From: Promethearchaeota archaeon
GTDB taxonomy: Archaea > Asgardarchaeota > Lokiarchaeia > Sigyniarchaeales > SOKP01
NCBI GenBank assembly: GCA_048938445.1
Contig: JBHLME010000126.1
Coordinates: forward strand, 1-12,895
Reading direction: 5' to 3'
DNA: 12,895 bases
The notes under the pieces were generated by a model that searched no databases, was not told the DNA's origin, and saw only the letters and a program-made list of their open reading frames with translations. Of the stretch, positions 7,009 through 12,895 are shown one piece after another. The position numbers were made by a program, and so were the translations under genes. Numbering within the stretch: the stretch's first letter is position 1; each line of letters opens with the position of its first letter.

Positions 7009-8256
7009 TTACCTCCATTTTCTTTTTGGTTCATCCGAAAATACCATAAGTGTACATAAATTAAGTGAACCACCCCATCCATGCCCAATGGATGTATGTA
7101 CAGTCTTAGGGACCTGATTGCTTGCTTTTCCCATTATTTGAAGTGCTGCTACTGCGGGTCTTTCCATTGCTGATGCTCCTATTGCATTGGTAGCATTTAC
7201 ACCTCCAGAACAATTTATTGGTAATTCTCCATTAAAATCTGTTACGCCTGTTTTATACATTTGTGGAGCTGTAGTTTCCTCGAATAGGCCGAGCTTTTCA
7301 CTCCACATTAAGGTCTGATTTGGGAAAGGACCATATAATTCAGCATAATCGATTTCCTTTCTTGGAAAAGAAATACCAGCTTGATTATAAGCCAATTCTG
7401 ATGATCGCATGGCACCTAACTGAGTTGAAGGATCAAGTTGCGCTGAACCGCCTCCATCATACCCTAGAATCGCTGTTTCATTTGCAACACTAGCTACTCC
7501 ATTTACGTAAACAGGAATGTCTGCCCATTCTTTGGCTTTTTCTTCAGTAGTAAATAACATCGCACAAGCTCCATCAGATGCGGGACAAACCATCCCATAA
7601 CGCAATGGATATTGAATATATGGAGTATCAAGCACGTCTTCAATTGTAAGATTTGGCATTTTTAAGTGAGCCCACCATGTTTTTGCAGCATTTCTTCTTT
7701 CTTGCACTACAACTCTTGCTAAATCTTCTTCAGTTGTTCTTGTTTTGCTCAAATAAGTAGTTGCTTGATATGCTGCCACTCCAATTGCCGCACCTGCGGA
7801 TAATAAGCGTGTAAGCTGCTCATAAGTTATTCCTAAAGTATTAAGGATCGATATTTCACCTAATGCAACACTTGCAAGACCTAAACTCGTGTCACCTTGA
7901 CTTTGCTGTTCAAAAGCGATAGCTAACACAGTATCAATACCAGGTATTCCAGCGGCAATATTATAGTATCCACATATAGCGACCGACCCACCAGTAGTCC
8001 CTCCCGTTGTTATTCGCATTAAAGGCTTATTTCTTGCCCCCATCCAATCTGTCATCCATAATTCAGGAATATTAGATCCTTCAAAAGCAGGCATATTTCC
8101 GTTTGCAAAAGCATCAATATCATCCATACTAACACTTGGAACTTTCTTCATACAATCTTGAATTGCTTCGTTAATTAATTCTGGCATACTAACATCAGAG
8201 CGTTTTGATGCATGTTCTGAAAAACCTGCACTTATACAACATACTTGTCGTCCCAT
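7009..8256 (-). CDS. SCP-x-type thiolase-like protein, Ltp3-like (lacks canonical thiolase catalytic residues; putative retro-aldolase subunit)
   Basis: KRSDVSMPELINEAI, FEG...PELWM...GARNKPLMRITTGGTTGG, AFEQQS, AHL, CPASDGACA, AELYGPF, NAIGAS, QIMGKA and GHGWGG match motifs I recall from mycobacterial Ltp3 (Rv3523). There is no nucleophilic Cys and no GHP His. Confidence 0.85.
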   Translation of the reverse strand: MGRQVCCISAGFSEHASKRSDVSMPELINEAIQDCMKKVPSVSMDDIDAFANGNMPAFEGSNIPELWMTDWMGARNKPLMRITTGGTTGGSVAICGYYNIAAGIPGIDTVLAIAFEQQSQGDTSLGLASVALGEISILNTLGITYEQLTRLLSAGAAIGVAAYQATTYLSKTRTTEEDLARVVVQERRNAAKTWWAHLKMPNLTIEDVLDTPYIQYPLRYGMVCPASDGACAMLFTTEEKAKEWADIPVYVNGVASVANETAILGYDGGGSAQLDPSTQLGAMRSSELAYNQAGISFPRKEIDYAELYGPFPNQTLMWSEKLGLFEETTAPQMYKTGVTDFNGELPINCSGGVNATNAIGASAMERPAVAALQIMGKASNQVPKTVHTSIGHGWGGSLNLCTLMVFSDEPKRKWR

Positions 8257-8258
8257 TT

Positions 8259-9401
8259 TTAATTATCTCCCTCCAATACATATAAAATATTATTTTGAGC
8301 ACACATGCCAATTTGCCCTGAAGCTAAAGCCTTTTTTGCGCCATTAACTTGATAACCATTTGCTTCGCCTCTAATTTGTTTAACAGCTTCAATAATTCTA
8401 ATTAATCCTGTAGCACATTGAGGATTACCACCAAGAGCTCCACCAGACGGATTTATTGGAAATTCACCGTCAATTTCAGAGTTCAAGCTTGGTCCTTTAC
8501 CTTTCTCTGCCAGGCCTAAAGCTTCTGCTAAAATTAATTCTTCGTGTGCATAAACTTCAAATAATTCGGCCACATCAATTTCACTTTTAGGATTTTTAAT
8601 ACCTGCTATTTCAAACGCTTTCTTACCAGCAACTTCCATTGATTTAATTGTAGATAAATCTCTATCGCCCAAATAATAAGTATCTTGAGACCATCCTACG
8701 CCAGTAATCCAAACAGGTTTATCCGTGATTTTTAGGGCTTGTTGTTCTGGAGCTAGCAATAAAGCAGCAACACCATCACAAGGTTGAGCTACCATTAATT
8801 CTGTGACAGGATCGGCATAACTCTCAGAATTTAATATATCTTGAGGAGTTAAATTAGGATTTTGTGCTTCAGGTAACGCTAAAGGATTCTTAGCTGCATT
8901 TCTCCTATTTTTAACTGCTATTTTAGCGATATCTTCAGCACTTATACCATATTTTTCCATGTAAGCTCTCATTTGAAATCCGCCAGCTGTTATATCATTT
9001 ACTAATGCTGTTGGTCGTTCCCACGTAGGGTCTGTTTCATATAATTTCGTGGCATGATAGGGAAAACAAGAAGCCATACTTCCGCCCCACACCACAGCTA
9101 ATTTGTGATTGCCCGATAAAATACGCATTAATCCATATAATACAGCATGAGCACCATCCATCTCTACTTTACTCTCATCTGCTAAATAACCACCACCTAT
9201 TTCAACAGTAAAGCAATTTGAAATTGTACGCCCATCATAATAATCATTAGTACAAGAGATTACTGTTGTTATATCCTTTTTTTTTAAGCCAGCTTTGTCT
9301 AACGCTCCTCTTACAGCCTCAAAAATCATTTCATAACGGCCATAATTCGCATTTGCTGATAATTTAACTTGATTATAACCAACTATTCCAACTTTTTCCA
9401 A
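8259..9401 (-). CDS. SCP-x-type thiolase-like protein, Ltp4-like (lacks canonical thiolase catalytic residues)
   Basis: DYYDGRTIS, ESKVEMDGA (Asp at the nucleophile Cys position), TDP, NPSGGALGGNP (Asn replaces His) and terminal QNN...VLEG match motifs I recall from mycobacterial Ltp4 (Rv3522). TTG start with SD GAGGTGA at 9411-9417. Confidence 0.85.
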   Translation of the reverse strand: MEKVGIVGYNQVKLSANANYGRYEMIFEAVRGALDKAGLKKKDITTVISCTNDYYDGRTISNCFTVEIGGGYLADESKVEMDGAHAVLYGLMRILSGNHKLAVVWGGSMASCFPYHATKLYETDPTWERPTALVNDITAGGFQMRAYMEKYGISAEDIAKIAVKNRRNAAKNPLALPEAQNPNLTPQDILNSESYADPVTELMVAQPCDGVAALLLAPEQQALKITDKPVWITGVGWSQDTYYLGDRDLSTIKSMEVAGKKAFEIAGIKNPKSEIDVAELFEVYAHEELILAEALGLAEKGKGPSLNSEIDGEFPINPSGGALGGNPQCATGLIRIIEAVKQIRGEANGYQVNGAKKALASGQIGMCAQNNILYVLEGDN

Positions 9402-9410
9402 TTAATCTAT

Positions 9411-9417
9411 TCACCTC
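9411..9417 (-). promoter_or_regulatory. Archaeal-type Shine-Dalgarno GAGGTGA overlapping the upstream stop codon
   Basis: The minus strand reads TGAGGTGA-N9-TTG. The first TGA is the stop of 9416..9877. Confidence 0.75.
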
Positions 9418-9877
9418 ACAATTTTACAAACCCTTTAATATCTGAAGGTTCTCCCTTTGTTTTTTCAGCCCATTCTATTTTAACCTTCATCCCTGTTTTA
9501 ACCTCTCCAGGTCCCATATCTAATATTTTGTATACCATTCCTGTATTACTTCCATCAATATTTACCATCCCGATTATCTGCCCTTTTTTCACCTTTCTTG
9601 AACCTCTATCAGTGACTTTATAAGGTGTAATTGTATAATTCACCAATGTGCCGGTATCAGGTAAATCAACCCAATTTTGGTCTAACGGAATAGTCACATT
9701 GCATTTTCCACATATTTTTCTAGGTGGAACAAAGACATCACTACATTTGGTGCATTTATTTCCAATTATTTTTTTTTGTTCTAAACTATCGTAGAATTTA
9801 TCCAAGTATTGCCCAACCCAAAAGCTAAATTCAGCACGTACCATCCCTTTATTTGTTATAATTACTTTTTCGGTCAT
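9416..9877 (-). CDS. DUF35 family Zn-ribbon/OB-fold protein (ChsH2-C/Rv3521-like)
   Basis: KIIGNKCTKC...VFVPPRKICGKC, then GTLVNYT and an OB fold ending GMKVKIEW...G...DIKGF. Confidence 0.93.
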   Translation of the reverse strand: MTEKVIITNKGMVRAEFSFWVGQYLDKFYDSLEQKKIIGNKCTKCSDVFVPPRKICGKCNVTIPLDQNWVDLPDTGTLVNYTITPYKVTDRGSRKVKKGQIIGMVNIDGSNTGMVYKILDMGPGEVKTGMKVKIEWAEKTKGEPSDIKGFVKL

Positions 9878-9963
9878 TTTCTTTTATTTATAATTTTTGA
9901 TTTTAATATTCTTTTTAGGACTTTTAATTAAATTAACAATTAATGATAAATTTGTCGCAAGGT

Positions 9964-9971
9964 TATTTATA
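9964..9971 (-). promoter_or_regulatory. Candidate TATA box for the DUF35-ltp4-ltp3-DUF35 operon
   Basis: TATAAATA on the minus strand is preceded by AAAATG. It lies about 87 nt from the start in an AT-rich context. Confidence 0.3.
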
Positions 9972-10135
9972 CATTTTAATTCAATTTAAAACTCTATTTT
10001 TTAACCTTAAGCCTTCAATTGTTATATTTGGATACTATATTTTTTAAAATATTAGTGAAATTAACTTTAATCATAGAATTTAGAAGAAAAATTATCAAAA
10101 ATAGTTAAAATCTTATTATTCTTTTTTATCCAAGT

Positions 10136-12523
10136 TTATGACCAGATCTCTTTACCATTTTGAAAGCTTACGGTAAATATCTTCATTGGATCATCAGTGA
10201 TCTCAACATTTGGAATAATTTTCCCTGATACTATATTAAATTCAGCAGGTACATATAGAATAAAATCCAAGGGCTTTATCTTATTTCTTCTTACATCGGA
10301 AATATATTTGCTAATTGCTCTAGGATTAGGATGACTGCGTAATTCGCCGGCATATTTTCCATCATTTTGAGTCAAATCAGCATAAAATAAAGCATTGCTG
10401 TAGAGGCAGGGATAAGTGATTGAAAGAGGAAACATTGTGCCATAAATTGCGCTGCCTGTATGAACATACCGAGTAAGTTGCAGGCTTGGCCACTTTCCCT
10501 TACCATACATACGGCCAGGAATGAAAATATCTGGAAATTCCATATCTAATTGAGAAATTGCTAAAGCAATGTAACAGACAAAATTGAGATTATGCTCCTT
10601 CATGAACTCATAATTGCCCGAATTGTTTTGTTTATTGCTATACCGATAACTAAAACTCAGCAATTTAAACGCTGCTTCTAAATAACCCAATTTTTCTCTA
10701 CCCATTAAAGATACATAATCTGCAAAAGCATGAAGAACAACACTCGTTGCTCCATTTTTACCAAATTCTTCGTATGAGACTATACCATCATTATCCTCAT
10801 CAAATTTTTCAAAAAATTCTTCCCTCAATTTAGTACCCTCTAGTTTGTCGATTACCGCTAAATAATTGATAGCAGTCCGTTGCAAATCCCAAGGTACCTT
10901 AAACATATCATAAAAAAGGGTTTTAGTTATTAAATCTGAAAACCTTTCGTTTTTTATTGTACCTAAGTGCCCTTTAAGTGAAATTATTGGTGAATCGGTT
11001 AAAAGATCATAACCCATAACATGATAATCCATTTGTCCCAATCCTCTCTTTTGTGCGCTTTCAAAAGTAATATCTCGAGCTAATGGGGAATCATAACCTT
11101 CTTTTGATATGATATCTTGTCCATTTATAGTTGGGATGGGCACTTTCTGAGGGAAGCCACCTGCAGTTCCGCCCTCCAGATTAACTTCAAGAGATTCTTT
11201 TAAAGAAACGTTGCTAAACATGTACCGAGCACACAAAAGATCAGTTGCAACAGGATCTAAACCTCCAAAAACCATGCCTTCAGCTGTTCTTACGCCACTT
11301 ATACCTTGATGATCAACATTTATTGCCTCTATACCGTCAACTATATGAAGCATCATAATATCCAAATTATCTACTGCTTTGATAATATCAATCATCGTTG
11401 CTATAATTCCTCCGGTCTTTTTTAATATGAAATTACCTTCAGTGTCTCTTTTAGGCAGGGAACTGTCATGTTCCACTTCAGGTATCCAGATTTGGTGTGG
11501 GATACCTGCTTTCATGCCAACAACGGTAGTACCTTGAGGTCTAGCATAATCCCATTTTTTATCTCCTTCGCTGGCATAATGCATTGGATAAAGTCCAATT
11601 CCTAAATTTTTTATGATATTCGTGAAAAGAGCAATAGCATGAACTTTAAATTTAGGAACGTTTATTAAAATACATCCGGGATAAGCTTTCATATCTTCAG
11701 AATCATCACTATAACCGCCGGTAATAACTTTATGTAATACGATAGACTTATAATTTACCCCATCTGGTACCTTACATTTCCTACCCTTATTTGGATCATC
11801 GTATATCCGGTTCAGATCATATACCATCAATTTATCAGAAACAAGTCCCGGAGGTATATAAGTACCGTTGATACTTTCCTCGTAACCTCTGAAGGGATCG
11901 TCACTTTCCCCTTCTTTTAAAGATTCGGAAAGATATTGTCGAACAAAATAAAATCCCCACCCTCCTATAAAATATCCGGATTTTCCCTCGATGATAGCTT
12001 CCGTTGTAATTTCTCTCCCATCAGGATTTATTTTTGAACAAATACTTGCCGAAGTTTTAAATACAGTTGCTGCCTCACCAAGTGCCATCTGATAATAACT
12101 TATTTCGCCCTTATCATGGAACCATCTCATTAAAGCAGCGATAAATGCCCAATCCGTACAAGTGTCGCGCCCTTGAGAATATCCATGAGTCTGCGGATCA
12201 ATACATATAGGACTAACGAGATTAGGTTTAAATAAAAGTTTCTGACCTTTTTCCAATTTCTCTTTGATCTGAACAAAAAATGAAGTATCTTTCTCTAAGG
12301 GAGTTAGTGCGTAATCTAGGCTATTTAATGTATAATCAATTTTCTCTTTTATTTTATTCCAGCTTTCCTGATCTGAATCATTAATATATTTTTGTAATAA
12401 ATTATCAATACCCTTATATGATTTTTTGACGTCCATTCTCACAACTCCTATGGGAGATCCAGAAGAGTCGTTCACTTGTTTTCCTAAGGGTGAATTAAAA
12501 TTTATCGTTTTTTGACTATTCAT
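10136..12523 (-). CDS. Large DUF362 domain-containing protein with a C-terminal extension carrying an EF-hand-like loop
   Basis: DUF362-type motifs LLFKPNLV, GEA, LINVPKFKVH, IKNLGIG, IVDGIEA and DPVATD. DEDNDGIVSYEEF lies in the C-terminal third. Confidence 0.85.
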   Translation of the reverse strand: MNSQKTINFNSPLGKQVNDSSGSPIGVVRMDVKKSYKGIDNLLQKYINDSDQESWNKIKEKIDYTLNSLDYALTPLEKDTSFFVQIKEKLEKGQKLLFKPNLVSPICIDPQTHGYSQGRDTCTDWAFIAALMRWFHDKGEISYYQMALGEAATVFKTSASICSKINPDGREITTEAIIEGKSGYFIGGWGFYFVRQYLSESLKEGESDDPFRGYEESINGTYIPPGLVSDKLMVYDLNRIYDDPNKGRKCKVPDGVNYKSIVLHKVITGGYSDDSEDMKAYPGCILINVPKFKVHAIALFTNIIKNLGIGLYPMHYASEGDKKWDYARPQGTTVVGMKAGIPHQIWIPEVEHDSSLPKRDTEGNFILKKTGGIIATMIDIIKAVDNLDIMMLHIVDGIEAINVDHQGISGVRTAEGMVFGGLDPVATDLLCARYMFSNVSLKESLEVNLEGGTAGGFPQKVPIPTINGQDIISKEGYDSPLARDITFESAQKRGLGQMDYHVMGYDLLTDSPIISLKGHLGTIKNERFSDLITKTLFYDMFKVPWDLQRTAINYLAVIDKLEGTKLREEFFEKFDEDNDGIVSYEEFGKNGATSVVLHAFADYVSLMGREKLGYLEAAFKLLSFSYRYSNKQNNSGNYEFMKEHNLNFVCYIALAISQLDMEFPDIFIPGRMYGKGKWPSLQLTRYVHTGSAIYGTMFPLSITYPCLYSNALFYADLTQNDGKYAGELRSHPNPRAISKYISDVRRNKIKPLDFILYVPAEFNIVSGKIIPNVEITDDPMKIFTVSFQNGKEIWS

Positions 12524-12583
12524 ATTTTAAGGATTCCTTCTGTTTTAATAAGTGACAGATATGTAAATATTTGATCTTATTAG

Positions 12584-12591
12584 TATATAAA
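12584..12591 (-). promoter_or_regulatory. Candidate TATA box for the DUF362 gene
   Basis: TTTATATA on the minus strand lies about 60 nt upstream of the ATG. A weak SD-like GAAGGA is at 12535-12540. Confidence 0.35.
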
Positions 12592-12851
12592 TATTTATCA
12601 TTTCTAGTGAATGGATTTAAAAATAGAGTAATATTTTATTGAAAAAGTTAAGAAAAAAGAAATAAAAGGATGCACACAGGAACATACGCCCTTTTTCCTA
12701 ATAAATTACTGGTGTTTCGCACTATGCTTATCAATCCGAGAGTGTAATGAACTAAAAAAAATAATATACTGATATCATTTTTTTTAAAATAGGAAAAATC
12801 GTATGATAAAGTATAAAACTAAGAAAATTTTTTGAAAAAAAAAGAAAATTT

Positions 12852-12895
12852 TCATAATACCTCAATATTACTCTTGTTATCTTCTACATCATATA
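12852..12895 (-). CDS. Possible 3' end of a minus-strand gene truncated by the window edge (...YDVEDNKSNIEVL*)
   Basis: An open frame runs from the edge to a TGA at 12854-12852 and is followed by a long T tract on the minus strand. It is too short to confirm. Confidence 0.4.
   Translation of the reverse strand, partial: YDVEDNKSNIEVL

Noticed and set aside
7009-9401. Interpretation of the two Cys-less thiolase-fold genes as pseudogenes, ordinary thiolases, or the archaeal mevalonate thiolase/HMGS/DUF35 complex
   Set aside because: The ORFs are intact with SD sites, the substitutions follow the Ltp3/Ltp4 pattern, and no HMG-CoA synthase gene is present in the window.
9369-9623. 84-aa plus-strand ORF
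   Set aside because: It is an antisense shadow of the DUF35 gene and the start of the Ltp4-like gene.
1-12895. CRISPR array, tRNA/rRNA, IS element or integrase, defence system
   Set aside because: I saw no regularly spaced repeats, cloverleaf or T-arm motifs, terminal inverted repeats, or transposase/nuclease motifs by eye.

Overview
This is an AT-rich, gene-dense prokaryotic window, most likely archaeal. TATA-like boxes, GGAGGT/GAGGTGA ribosome-binding sites, oligo-T gene ends and the gene content suggest a Lokiarchaeia/Asgard-like lineage, but that placement is an inference. It holds 11 credible complete CDS and probably the 3' tip of a twelfth. In order: a DUF4332-like helix-hairpin-helix protein fused through a TTPKK-repeat linker to an intact transglutaminase-like (LapG/BTLCP-type) cysteine protease domain; an uncharacterised protein with two tandem CxxC...GIPCxxC metal-binding modules; a catalytically intact thiolase; a PAP2 phosphatase; a nitroreductase; a 75-aa two-TM protein; a tightly coupled four-gene operon DUF35 / Ltp4-like / Ltp3-like / DUF35; and a 795-aa DUF362 protein carrying a canonical EF-hand loop. 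The most notable items are the operon and the HhH-TPKK-transglutaminase fusion. The operon resembles the actinobacterial branched-sterol side-chain retro-aldolase locus Rv3521-ltp4-ltp3, with the double-DUF35 gene split in two. I saw no rRNA, tRNA, CRISPR array or mobile element. All homology calls come from motif recognition and remembered sequences, not database searches.
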